Below are positions 29,272 through 39,272 of a stretch of DNA of 64,000 nucleotides, one piece after another (the first letter of the stretch is position 1; each line of letters begins with the position of its first letter). A model generated the notes under the pieces. That model saw only the letters and a program-made list of their open reading frames with translations, searched no databases and had not been told where the DNA came from. This DNA comes from Halarcobacter sp. GTDB lineage: Bacteria; Campylobacterota; Campylobacteria; Campylobacterales; Arcobacteraceae. The translations under genes were made by a program, and so were the position numbers. Where the stretch lies: NCBI GenBank assembly GCA_048571215.1, contig CP182352.1, forward strand, positions 3,550,514 through 3,614,513, in the 5' to 3' direction.

Positions 29272-31080
29272 ATGAAAACAATAATCGAAAGAATTCTCAT
29301 TTTAAGTCTCTTTGTAACATATGCTAGTTCAACTTCTTTAAAAGATTCAGTTATAAGTACTTTAGGTAAAAACCCTGATGTATTATCTGAAAAATTAAAT
29401 AGGGATGCTTATCAAAAGTATGTTGATGAAGAAAAAGGTGATTATTATCCAACACTAGATTTTCAAGGATATGTTGAAAAATCTAGAACAAGAAATGATA
29501 GAGATAATGTTGCTACAGATCCAAGCAGTGCAAAAAAAGATGGATGGCATGCTGCATTAACTTTTGAACAGATCATTTATGATGGTGGACAAACACCAAG
29601 TCAAGTAGAACAGTATAAACATACTTATCTATCAAATAAGTACAGAAGTTTAATTAGAGTTGATGAAATTGTAAGGTCAACTATTGATAATTATCTTAAT
29701 GCAGTTAAATATCAAGAGTTAATTGATCTTTCTCAATTAAATCTACAGGTACATGAAGATTATTTAGTGATTGCACAAGAGAAAGAAAATATAAGTGGAG
29801 AAATCTTAGAGACTTATCAAGTAAACTCTAAAAAACATTATGTGATAGACAGATATTTGGAACAAAAAATAAATGAAGATGAGGCAAGAAATATTTTTGC
29901 AGAAAAGTCAGGTATTGAAAATCCAGGAAATATTTGTAGACCTACAATTAATGAAGCTTTTATACCTAGTACTTTAGAAGAAGCAATAGAAAAAGCAGTT
30001 AGAAATAGTCCAAAAATATTAAGAGCTATTGAAGATATTAAGGAGCAAAGGGAAAATGTAGTACAAGCTAATGCTACATATCTACCTACTTTAAGATTCC
30101 AATGGGTAGGAAGTTTAGATGATGATTTATCAAATGCAGAAAATGGTAGACAAGATATATCTAGATTTAGAATTATTATGGATTGGAATCTATTTGAAGG
30201 TGGAAAAAATAAAATTGCAAAAGAAAGAGAAGTTCTTTTTTTACAAGAAAAACAAAAAATTCTTGATACAACAGTAAATCAAGTTATTCAAGAGGTTACC
30301 ACAAGTTATAAAAAGTATTTTTCTTTTAAAGAAAAAATAGAAAATTATAAAAAATATGTTAAAGATAACTATTATATTAAAGAGGTATATTTTAAACAAT
30401 TAACAGATGGTACTAGAACTTTTATTGATATACTAGATGCAGAATCAGAATATTATAGATCATCATTAGATTTAATAGATTTTGAATATCAGTTATATGG
30501 ATATTATTATGATATTTTAAATCATAGTGGTCTATTGAGTACAAGCATTTTGATGTCTGAAAATCAAGTATGTAAAGAATTCAAATTATCAAAATATGAA
30601 AGTAGATTTAAACAAAAAGTAAAAGATAATAATAGTGAATTAAATGACTTAGATTTACTCCAAGAGCTTGGTCAAGCACAAAGTAAAACAAAAACTGAGG
30701 AAGGAAATACAAAAGAAGTAGATATGGAGATTGATAATTTAATCAATGGTACCTCTGTAGGGGAGAACAATGAAACTAAAAATCCAGATGAAAATGCAGT
30801 AAAAAATTTACCTACAGGAAAGTATACTATTAAGCTTGCGACTTTTGATCAAAACTATGATATTAATTCATTTATAGAAAAAAATAAACTAAATCCAGAT
30901 GATGTATATGCATACAGTACTAACAATAATATAAATGTTATTTATGGGCACTTTAATAAGCTTGGTGATGCTAAAGCACTATTAAGCAGTTTAGATAAAA
31001 GTTTAATTAATAGTAATGTATATATTGATATTCTTGAAAAACATAGAAAACTTTATCAAAAATATAAAACAAATAATTAG
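29272..31080 (+). CDS. TolC-family T1SS outer membrane protein (LapE-like) with C-terminal SPOR-like domain
   Basis: Signal peptide; YYPTLD, YLPTL, WNLFEGG and GTRTFIDILDAE TolC motifs; tail YTIKLATF...VIYGHF. Start uncertain (29239, 29260 or 29272). Confidence 0.85.
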   Translation: MKTIIERILILSLFVTYASSTSLKDSVISTLGKNPDVLSEKLNRDAYQKYVDEEKGDYYPTLDFQGYVEKSRTRNDRDNVATDPSSAKKDGWHAALTFEQIIYDGGQTPSQVEQYKHTYLSNKYRSLIRVDEIVRSTIDNYLNAVKYQELIDLSQLNLQVHEDYLVIAQEKENISGEILETYQVNSKKHYVIDRYLEQKINEDEARNIFAEKSGIENPGNICRPTINEAFIPSTLEEAIEKAVRNSPKILRAIEDIKEQRENVVQANATYLPTLRFQWVGSLDDDLSNAENGRQDISRFRIIMDWNLFEGGKNKIAKEREVLFLQEKQKILDTTVNQVIQEVTTSYKKYFSFKEKIENYKKYVKDNYYIKEVYFKQLTDGTRTFIDILDAESEYYRSSLDLIDFEYQLYGYYYDILNHSGLLSTSILMSENQVCKEFKLSKYESRFKQKVKDNNSELNDLDLLQELGQAQSKTKTEEGNTKEVDMEIDNLINGTSVGENNETKNPDENAVKNLPTGKYTIKLATFDQNYDINSFIEKNKLNPDDVYAYSTNNNINVIYGHFNKLGDAKALLSSLDKSLINSNVYIDILEKHRKLYQKYKTNN

Positions 31081-31091
31081 TTAGTGAAGAT

Positions 31092-33221
31092 ATGGAAGAA
31101 TTAGAAAAAACAGTTAATAGAAAAGTAGATACTCTTTTAGAGTCTCTATTTTTTATTGCTAAATATTATCAAAGAGCGACTTCTAAAGAGTCATTACTTA
31201 ATGGCTTGTCAATTTTTGGAGATGTAATGGATGTTGATAATTTTATTCAAGCATCAAAAAAGGTTGCATTAATCTCAAAATTTGTTAAAAGAGATAATAT
31301 TGAAGATATAAATAAATTAACATTTCCAGCTGTAATTTTCACAACAAAATACGACTCTATGATTTTACTTGACTACGATGAAGAAGGGAATAGTGCAAAT
31401 TTGATTATTCCTGAATTGAGTTTAGGTGAAACTACTATGCCATTAGATGAACTTAATTCACTTTATACAGGCAGGGTAATTATTATTAAGCCTGCATATA
31501 ATTTTGAAAATCGTTCTTCAAGAGAAGTATCTATCTTAAATCCAAAAAAATGGTTTTGGGATACAATGAAGAAAAGTAAAGAGTTCTACGCAAGAGTTAT
31601 TGTTGCAACTATTTTTATCAATATCTTTGTGATAGCTTTACCTTTATTTATAATGAATGTCTATGATAGAATTTTACCAAACAATGCTATTGAATCCTTA
31701 TGGGCATTAGCAATTGGTGTATTTGTTGTAATGATATTTGATTTTATTCTTAAAATTATTAGGTCGTATTACATTGGTAAAGCTTCAAAAAAAGCAGATA
31801 TCATTATGTCAAATAAAATATTTGATCATCTTTTAAATTTAAGGCTTGATTCTAGACCTTCATCTACTGGTATGTTTGTTAATAGATTACAATCTTTTGA
31901 ATCTATAAAAGAGTTTTTTACAACAGCAACAATTACTACTTTAGTGGATATTCCATTTTTATTTATTTTTGTAGCAATTATTTTTTATATTGGTGGACCT
32001 TTAGGATGGATTCCTGTAATTACAATAATTATAGCTCTAATTAGTTCTTTTTTTATGCAAAAGATAATTAAAAAAAATGTTACAAATACAGTTAATGAGG
32101 AACAATTAAAACAAACAACATTAAATGAAACTGTAACAGGATTAGAAATAATAAAAAGTGTTCGCGGTCAAAATAGAATGAAAACACACTGGGATAAATC
32201 ATTAAGTCAAACAGCATATTATGGAGAAAAAACACAACTTTTCTCACAAGTTGCAAGTGGCCTTACCGATTTTATAACAAAGTTTTCAAATGTAGTTATT
32301 ATTGTATTTGGAGTTTTTTTAGCTTCAAGTGGTGATATGACGATGGGTGCAATCGTAGCTTCAATGATGTTAAACAGAAGAGCAGTTGCTCCTGCATCAA
32401 AGATTGTGAATCTAGTTATAAAATATGATAGAGCAATGATTGCATTAAAAAATATTGATGACATTATGAGTTTAGATGTTGAAAAAGATCATAAAGTATA
32501 TTTAAGTAGACCCCATTTAATTGGAGACATAGAGTTTCAAGATGTAAGTTTTTCTTATAAAAAACAAAATTATGAAGTATTAAAAAATATAAATTTAAAG
32601 ATAAATCAAGGTGAAAAAGTAGCGATTTTAGGAAAAATTGGTTCAGGAAAGTCAACACTAATTAAGATGATTCAAAATCTTTATGTTCCAACAAAAGGTT
32701 CAATTTTAATTGATAATACAGATGTTAGACAAATTGACCCAGTAGATTTAAGAAAGGCTATAGGTGTTGTTCCTCAAGAATCATTTTTATTTATGGGAAG
32801 TGTAAAAGATAATATTACAATAGGAGATCCTTTTGCAACAGATGAGGAGATATTAAAAGCTTCAAAAATTGCTGGAGTTCATGATTTCTTAGGTAAACAT
32901 GAAGCGGGTTATGATTTTCTTGTAGGTGAAAGAGGAGAAGGATTAAGTGGTGGTGAAATTCAATCTATTACTTTAGCAAGAGCACTTGTAAGTAATCCAG
33001 ATTTTATGATATTTGATGAGCCTACAAACTCAATGGATAAACAAACAGAAAGAGATTTTTTAAAAAAATTAAAACTTATTTTAGATAAACAAACTGTGAT
33101 TATTGTTACCCATAAGTTATCTTTATTGTCTTTGGTTGATAGGGTAATAGTTTTAGATAATGGTAAAATAGTAGCTGATGGTCCAAAAGAAAAAGTATTT
33201 TCTAAAGCGAATAAAGAGTAG
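31092..33221 (+). CDS. T1SS permease/ATPase (LapB/LssB-like) with C39-like N-terminal domain
   Basis: PLFIMNVYDRILPN, Walker A GKIGSGKS, LSGG signature, FDEPT. Confidence 0.92.
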   Translation: MEELEKTVNRKVDTLLESLFFIAKYYQRATSKESLLNGLSIFGDVMDVDNFIQASKKVALISKFVKRDNIEDINKLTFPAVIFTTKYDSMILLDYDEEGNSANLIIPELSLGETTMPLDELNSLYTGRVIIIKPAYNFENRSSREVSILNPKKWFWDTMKKSKEFYARVIVATIFINIFVIALPLFIMNVYDRILPNNAIESLWALAIGVFVVMIFDFILKIIRSYYIGKASKKADIIMSNKIFDHLLNLRLDSRPSSTGMFVNRLQSFESIKEFFTTATITTLVDIPFLFIFVAIIFYIGGPLGWIPVITIIIALISSFFMQKIIKKNVTNTVNEEQLKQTTLNETVTGLEIIKSVRGQNRMKTHWDKSLSQTAYYGEKTQLFSQVASGLTDFITKFSNVVIIVFGVFLASSGDMTMGAIVASMMLNRRAVAPASKIVNLVIKYDRAMIALKNIDDIMSLDVEKDHKVYLSRPHLIGDIEFQDVSFSYKKQNYEVLKNINLKINQGEKVAILGKIGSGKSTLIKMIQNLYVPTKGSILIDNTDVRQIDPVDLRKAIGVVPQESFLFMGSVKDNITIGDPFATDEEILKASKIAGVHDFLGKHEAGYDFLVGERGEGLSGGEIQSITLARALVSNPDFMIFDEPTNSMDKQTERDFLKKLKLILDKQTVIIVTHKLSLLSLVDRVIVLDNGKIVADGPKEKVFSKANKE

Positions 33222-33223
33222 TT

Positions 33224-34567
33224 ATGAAAAAGAATAATGATATAAATTTTGTGCATAACCTTTATGGTCAAGCAAATGAAAAAGCTTCATCAAAAATAGA
33301 TTTTTTATTTATATTTATTTTATGCTTTTTAGTAGCTGCCATTGTTTGGTCAAGTATAGCTCAAATAGATGAATTAGCAAGGGGTCAAGGTAAAGTAATC
33401 CCTTCAAGTAAAATCCAAACTATTCAATCTTTAGATGGAGGATTAGTTGAAGAGATTTTAGTTAAATCTGGTGATCAAGTAAAAAAAGGGCAACCTCTTA
33501 TGAAAATTGATACAACAAGATTTCTAGCTTCTTTAGAGGAAAATCAAGAGAGTTACTATCAATGGCTAGCTATGAGAGTTAGACTTGAAAAAGAATCTGT
33601 TGTTGATATTGATAAGAAAATTGAAAAGTTAGTTTTCCCTGATGATATTAAAAAAATTGCAAAAGATTATATTAAATCAGAAACATTTTTATATATTAAT
33701 AGGGTTAATGAGTTGAAAAGTTCTATAAATGTTTTTGATTCACAACTAAATCAAAGATATCAAGAGATAAAAGAGATCAATCAAGAGATTTCTAAATTAA
33801 AAACTAGATTAAAACTTGTAACTATTGAGAGAAAAACTATAAAAGATTTAGTTAGAACAGGGGTTAAGTCAAAAGTTGAATTAATTGCAATTGAAAAAGA
33901 ATATCAACAAATTGTCGGAGATTTAAAATCAGCAGAATTATCAATTCCTAAATCTAGATATGCAATAAATGAGATAAAAAACAAAAGATTAGAGAGGATA
34001 ACTCAATTTAGAACAGAAGCATCAAAAGAGTTACAAAGAATTTCTGTTGAAATTAAAAAAGCAGAAGCAAGAATGATTTCAGCTACAGATAAAGTTAATA
34101 AAACGGTTATAAAATCAAGTGTTAATGGAATTGTAAAAGAGATTTATATGAATACAATTGGTGGAGTTGTTCAATCAGGAGCAAGTTTATTAGATATTAT
34201 TCCTAATAGTGACAATCTACTTGTTGAAGCAAAAATAGACCCTAAAGATATTGCTTTTATAAGTCCCATGCAAAAAGCTATAGTTAAAATTTCAGCTTAT
34301 GATTATTCAATATATGGAGGTCTAGATGGAAAAATTGTTGAGATATCTGCAGATAGTATCATTGATAAAGAGAGTAAAGATGGTAAAAGTTACTATAAAA
34401 TTATAGTTCAAACTGAAAAGAATTATTTGGAGAAAAATGGAAATAAATTGCCAATTATTCCTGGGATGATAGCCAATGTTGATGTAATTACAGGTAAGAA
34501 AACTATTATGGATTACATCTTAAAACCAATACTTAAAATAAAACAAAATTCATTACATGAAAAATAA
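33224..34567 (+). CDS. HlyD-family T1SS membrane fusion protein (LapC-like)
   Basis: N-terminal TM; ARGQGKVIPS, AYDYSIYGGLDG, PGM...GKKTIMDYILKP. Confidence 0.92.
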   Translation: MKKNNDINFVHNLYGQANEKASSKIDFLFIFILCFLVAAIVWSSIAQIDELARGQGKVIPSSKIQTIQSLDGGLVEEILVKSGDQVKKGQPLMKIDTTRFLASLEENQESYYQWLAMRVRLEKESVVDIDKKIEKLVFPDDIKKIAKDYIKSETFLYINRVNELKSSINVFDSQLNQRYQEIKEINQEISKLKTRLKLVTIERKTIKDLVRTGVKSKVELIAIEKEYQQIVGDLKSAELSIPKSRYAINEIKNKRLERITQFRTEASKELQRISVEIKKAEARMISATDKVNKTVIKSSVNGIVKEIYMNTIGGVVQSGASLLDIIPNSDNLLVEAKIDPKDIAFISPMQKAIVKISAYDYSIYGGLDGKIVEISADSIIDKESKDGKSYYKIIVQTEKNYLEKNGNKLPIIPGMIANVDVITGKKTIMDYILKPILKIKQNSLHEK

Positions 34568-34577
34568 AGGAAATAAC

Positions 34578-35915
34578 ATGAAAAAATTAATTTTTATAAC
34601 TTTTACATCTTTATTATTATTAACTGGATGTGCTCAAAAGAGTGAAGTTACTAATAGTGGAAATAGTGAAGTAAAAAAAGAGCAGATGAAATCAATGCAG
34701 AGTGATGGTGATTTTATCAATGAGTTAGCATTGCATGATGCAGTTAGAGCAAAAGACTTTGATATAGTAAAAGATTTAGTTAACAATGGTATGCAGGTTG
34801 ATACGAAAGATAAATATGGATATACACCTTTACATTTAGCTGCAAGATTAAATCAATATGATATTGCAGAGTTTTTAATAAATAAAGGTGCAAATGTCAA
34901 TAACGTAGACGTTTTTAAAGATACGCCACTTTTAGATTCCACTAGAAATGGTACAAATGAAATGTCAAGATTGCTTTTATGTAATGGTGCATCTCCTGAT
35001 GTATATGATAGACATGATATGAAACCTATACATAATGCATCTAAGAATAATGATTTGTATATTGTTGAAATGATTGAAAGTGATGATATTACTAAAATGT
35101 GTGAAAAATTAGATATCACTTTAGATGAATATATTGAAGATACCAATCAAATTTGTGGAAAAATTGTAAAAGGTTATGCGACAGATATTGATTTAGCTAT
35201 TACCGATGAATCAAGTGATTCAGTAAAACCTTTTGGAAAATACAAAGCTGAATTTGATAGTGAAAAATATTGTGCTACTTTAGATAAAAAGCCAGATTTA
35301 ACAAAAAGTTATATTGTTACAGCAGTTGGTTCAAACTCAATTGATAAAGATATAGAGATCGCAAATTTAGGTGACTTAGTTAAAAAAGAAGAACCAGTAA
35401 AATCTCCTTATATTTCAGGATTATATGAAGATTTAATGGCAGAATTTGGTCCTGATTTTGAACCATGGAATGCTCAGTTAGACAAAGATGGTTTGGTATT
35501 TAGATTTAAGAAACCAGAATTATTGTTTAGTCATGGTAGTTCAAATATTAAAAATAGTTACAAAAAGATTTTAGATGACTTTTTCCCAAGATATTTGAAG
35601 GTAATAGAAAAGTATAAAGATCAAATTAAAGATATCATAGTGGAAGGGCATACATCATCAGTATATGCAAGTGCAAAAACTCAAGCAGAAAAATATGCAA
35701 AAAATAAAATTTTATCTGAAAAAAGAGCAAAAAAAGTTTATGATTATACTTTATCTCAAGAAGGACCAATGACAAGTGAAAATAAAGACTGGTTATCTTC
35801 TCATTATAGTTATGAAGGTTTATCTTCAGATAATTTGATTTATGATGCTAATGGTAAGGAAGATGAAGCTTTATCTAGAAGAGTTGAATTTAGGATAAAT
35901 AAAATTGTAGAGTAA
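34578..35915 (+). CDS. Ankyrin repeat/OmpA-family lipoprotein, paralog of 962..2293
   Basis: AAGGA RBS then ATG at 34578; lipobox LLLTGC; GYTPLHLAAR; VEGHTSS...LSEKRA...RRVEF. Confidence 0.85.
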   Translation: MKKLIFITFTSLLLLTGCAQKSEVTNSGNSEVKKEQMKSMQSDGDFINELALHDAVRAKDFDIVKDLVNNGMQVDTKDKYGYTPLHLAARLNQYDIAEFLINKGANVNNVDVFKDTPLLDSTRNGTNEMSRLLLCNGASPDVYDRHDMKPIHNASKNNDLYIVEMIESDDITKMCEKLDITLDEYIEDTNQICGKIVKGYATDIDLAITDESSDSVKPFGKYKAEFDSEKYCATLDKKPDLTKSYIVTAVGSNSIDKDIEIANLGDLVKKEEPVKSPYISGLYEDLMAEFGPDFEPWNAQLDKDGLVFRFKKPELLFSHGSSNIKNSYKKILDDFFPRYLKVIEKYKDQIKDIIVEGHTSSVYASAKTQAEKYAKNKILSEKRAKKVYDYTLSQEGPMTSENKDWLSSHYSYEGLSSDNLIYDANGKEDEALSRRVEFRINKIVE

Positions 35916-35927
35916 TAAGGCTAAATT

Positions 35928-36683
35928 ATGAAAAATATATTAACATTTGTAGCAATTGTATTGCTGTGTGCTGGGTGTAGTTATAAAAATGATGCAACTA
36001 CTGTATCAGTGGCTAAAAAAGAAGGACTTATAAATAGAAATGGTGAGATTGAAGTTAAACCCATCTATAAAGATATGAGTTATCTAAAAGATTTTGATTC
36101 AAATGAGTATGAACATCCTCATTATATTAATTTACATTGGCTACATTTTGGAGATGATGAGTTTGCAGTAGTAAGAAATGTAGATGATAAGTATGGGATT
36201 ATTGGAAGAGATGGAAAATTAAAATTGAAGGCAATCTTTGATTCAATTGGAGAGTTCTTTAATGGCTATGCAAAAATTGAAGTTGATAAAAAGTTTGGAC
36301 TTATTAATGAAAAATTTGAAATAGTTGTTAAACCAATTTATGACGATGTCAGAAATGTCATAGATGGAAGTGTTATTGTAAAAAATTATGATAAAAATAA
36401 AAGAACAAAATATGGGTGTTTAAACTTAGATAATAAGTTAGTTGCTCCACTTGATTATGATATGATTTACTTATCAAATGAAAAAAGAATGAGAATTGTA
36501 AAAGATGGTAAATGGGGTTTTATGGATACAAAATGTAATGTTGTTGTAGACCCTATCTATACTTTTGCAGATGATTATTCAAAAGGGATTGCAAGAGTAA
36601 AAAAATCTGAGTTATGGACTTACCTTAACCTTGATGGTAAGGAATTGACCCGTAAAACTTTCGACTCTGCTGATAATTTTTAA
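35928..36683 (+). CDS. WG (KWG) repeat lipoprotein
   Basis: Lipobox LCAGC; repeats KYGIIG, KFGLIN, KYGCLN, KWGFMD with F.NG.A segments. Confidence 0.8.
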   Translation: MKNILTFVAIVLLCAGCSYKNDATTVSVAKKEGLINRNGEIEVKPIYKDMSYLKDFDSNEYEHPHYINLHWLHFGDDEFAVVRNVDDKYGIIGRDGKLKLKAIFDSIGEFFNGYAKIEVDKKFGLINEKFEIVVKPIYDDVRNVIDGSVIVKNYDKNKRTKYGCLNLDNKLVAPLDYDMIYLSNEKRMRIVKDGKWGFMDTKCNVVVDPIYTFADDYSKGIARVKKSELWTYLNLDGKELTRKTFDSADNF

Positions 36684-36688
36684 TTAAA

Positions 36689-36720
36689 TATAACAGAAAC
36701 TATTATAAGTTTCTGTTATA
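36689..36720 (+). terminator. Hairpin closing the T1SS operon
   Basis: TATAACAGAAACT-ATTATA-AGTTTCTGTTATA perfect inverted repeat right after the stop. Confidence 0.6.
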
Positions 36721-36801
36721 AATTTAATTCATTTTTTTTTTATTAAACTTTAGATATAATCGCTCAAAATTAAAATAAAACTTCTTAAAATTAGGATAAT
36801 T

Positions 36802-38712
36802 ATGTCAAAACAACTACTTCAGAAACAAGCAGATACGATTAGATTTTTAGCTGCGGATATGGTACAAAAAGCAAACTCTGGACACCCAGGTGCACCTATG
36901 GGAATGGCAGATATTGCTACAGTATTAAGTTCACACTTAAATTTAAATCCAGCAAATGATAAATGGCTAAACAGAGATAGATTAGTATTCTCAGGTGGTC
37001 ATGCTACTGGTTTAGTATATTCTTTATTACATCTTTGGGGATTTGATGTAAGTTTAAGTGATATGAGAAATTTTAGACAACTTAATTCTAAAACACCTGG
37101 ACATCCAGAATATGGTCATACTCATGGAGTAGAGATAACAACTGGTCCCTTGGGACAAGGTATTGCAAACTCAGTTGGTTTTGCGATGGCTTCAAAGTAT
37201 GCAAAAAATATTTTAGGAAAAGATGTAATTACTCACAATGTGTATTGCCTTTGTGGTGATGGAGATTTACAAGAGGGTATTTCATATGAAGCTTGTGCAA
37301 CAGCAGGGCATCTTGGTTTAGATAACTTAATTGTAATTTATGATTCAAATAATATTACGATTGAAGGTGATGCTTCAATTGCGTGGAGTGAAAATGTTAA
37401 AAAAAGATTCCAAGCAATTAATTTTGAAGTTTTAGAAATAGATGGACATAATTTTGATCAAATTGATAAAGCAATTATCAGTGCAAAATCTTGTGATAAA
37501 CCTGTTCTTATTATTGCAAATACTGCAATTGGAAAGGGTGCAGCTACTTTAGAGGGATCTCATCATACTCATGGGGCTCCTTTAGGTGAAGATGAGATTA
37601 GAGCATCTAAAGAAAAAGCTGGGTTTAATCCTGATGAGACATTTGTAGTTCCTTATGATATAAAAGGTGCTTTTGATAAACTTATAAAAGGTGTTGAAGC
37701 TGAAAATGCTTGGCTTGCTACATTAAGTGATGAAACAAAAGCAAAAATTGAAGAGTTACAAAATCCAGATTATGATTCTATCTCTTATCCAGAATTTGAA
37801 GTTGGAGCAAAGGTAGCTACGAGAGAATCAAATCATAAAATATTAAATGCTATTGCACAAGCTGTTCCAGGATTTTTAGGTGGTAGTGCAGATTTAGCAC
37901 CTTCAAATAAAACTGAATTAAAAGGGATGGGTGATTTTCCAAATGGAAGAAATATCCATTTTGGTATTAAAGAACACGCAATGGCAGCAATGACAAATGC
38001 AATGAATCTTTATGGTTTATTTAAAGTATTTTCAGCAACATTTTTTGTATTTTCAGATTATTTAAAACCAAGTGCAAGAATAGCAGCACTTGCAGGTATT
38101 CCACAACACTTTGTATGGACACATGATTCTATTGGTGTTGGAGAAGATGGACCAACTCACCAACCAATTGAACATTTATCTCAATTTAGAGCCTTACCAA
38201 ACTTTTATACTTTTAGACCTGCTGATGCAAGTGAAAATATTGAGTCTTGGAAAATTGCCCTTACAATGAAAGCTCCTACTGCTTTTGTATGTTCAAGACA
38301 AGGCTTAGAGGTATTAAAAGATGAAAGAGAGTTTGGAACAGTTTCTCATGGTGGATATCTTTTGAAAAAAAGAGAAAATGCAACTATAACACTTATGGCA
38401 AGTGGTAGTGAAGTGATGCTTGCACTTCAAACAGCATGTGAATTAGCAAAAGAGGGGATCAATGCAAATATTGTTTCTGTACCTTGTTTTGATTTACTTG
38501 TTGAACAAGATAAAGAGTATATTGATACAATTATTGACCCAAATACAAAAGTGTTTGCAATTGAAGCAGCAAGAGGAATGGAATATTATAAATTTGCGGA
38601 TGAAGTTTATGGTATGGATACCTTTGGAGCTTCTGGACCAGCTGGTGATTTATTTAAAGAGTTTGGTTTTACTACTGAGGCTTTAGTAGAAAAAATCAAA
38701 AGAGATATATAA
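36802..38712 (+). CDS. tkt: Transketolase
   Basis: SGHPGAPMG, TPGHPE, GDGDLQEG, GEDGPTHQP. Confidence 0.97.
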   Translation: MSKQLLQKQADTIRFLAADMVQKANSGHPGAPMGMADIATVLSSHLNLNPANDKWLNRDRLVFSGGHATGLVYSLLHLWGFDVSLSDMRNFRQLNSKTPGHPEYGHTHGVEITTGPLGQGIANSVGFAMASKYAKNILGKDVITHNVYCLCGDGDLQEGISYEACATAGHLGLDNLIVIYDSNNITIEGDASIAWSENVKKRFQAINFEVLEIDGHNFDQIDKAIISAKSCDKPVLIIANTAIGKGAATLEGSHHTHGAPLGEDEIRASKEKAGFNPDETFVVPYDIKGAFDKLIKGVEAENAWLATLSDETKAKIEELQNPDYDSISYPEFEVGAKVATRESNHKILNAIAQAVPGFLGGSADLAPSNKTELKGMGDFPNGRNIHFGIKEHAMAAMTNAMNLYGLFKVFSATFFVFSDYLKPSARIAALAGIPQHFVWTHDSIGVGEDGPTHQPIEHLSQFRALPNFYTFRPADASENIESWKIALTMKAPTAFVCSRQGLEVLKDEREFGTVSHGGYLLKKRENATITLMASGSEVMLALQTACELAKEGINANIVSVPCFDLLVEQDKEYIDTIIDPNTKVFAIEAARGMEYYKFADEVYGMDTFGASGPAGDLFKEFGFTTEALVEKIKRDI

Positions 38713-38737
38713 AGTTAGAGTTTAATCTCTAACTTTA
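38710..38737 (+). terminator. Hairpin after tkt
   Basis: TAAAGTTAGAG-TTTAAT-CTCTAACTTTA. Confidence 0.55.
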
Positions 38738-38892
38738 GTCCTCAAACAAAACTTATTTGGTTTTTCTCTTCATATACTTAATTGATTTATCTTTATTCAT
38801 TTTTAAACTATCATTTATCTTAGCCATTTTTAACCTTGAAATAATATAGCTAGTTTTTTATACTATTTTGTAAATATGATAATATTATAGTT

Positions 38893-38920
38893 TAATATAT
38901 CAAGATATATTGATATATTA
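38893..38920. promoter_or_regulatory. Candidate ArsR operator upstream of arsR
   Basis: TAATATATCAA-GATATA-TTGATATATTA inverted repeat just upstream of TGATATACT (extended -10-like). Confidence 0.65.
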
Positions 38921-38963
38921 AAAATTTTATGATATACTTTCAAAACAAAATAAAAGGCTTGTC

Positions 38964-39272
38964 ATGGAAATTTTTTTAAAGTCTGTTTCTGCATTAAATG
39001 ATGAAACAAGAGTTAAACTCATAAAATTTATAAATATTCATGGTAAATGTTGTGTATGTGATTTAGAAAACTCTTTTGATATGATTCAATCGAGATTATC
39101 AAGACATCTAAAGATACTTAAAGAAGCTGGCTTTCTAAGAGTTGAAAGATTAGGTAGATGGGCTTATTATTCTATAAGAACTCCTTTAGATGAATTTAGA
39201 CAAGCTTCAATAAAAGAGATTATGACTTTAGAAATAGAGTTACCAAAATTAGTAAAGGCTTGTGAGAATTAA
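38964..39272 (+). CDS. arsR: ArsR/SmtB-family repressor
   Basis: ALNDETR, CCVCDL metal site, QSRLSRHLKILKEAG; heads the ars genes. Confidence 0.9.
   Translation: MEIFLKSVSALNDETRVKLIKFINIHGKCCVCDLENSFDMIQSRLSRHLKILKEAGFLRVERLGRWAYYSIRTPLDEFRQASIKEIMTLEIELPKLVKACEN

Noticed and set aside
962..36720. Mobile genomic island or prophage
   Set aside because: No integrase, transposase, tRNA target or flanking direct repeats were seen; horizontal origin cannot be judged by eye.
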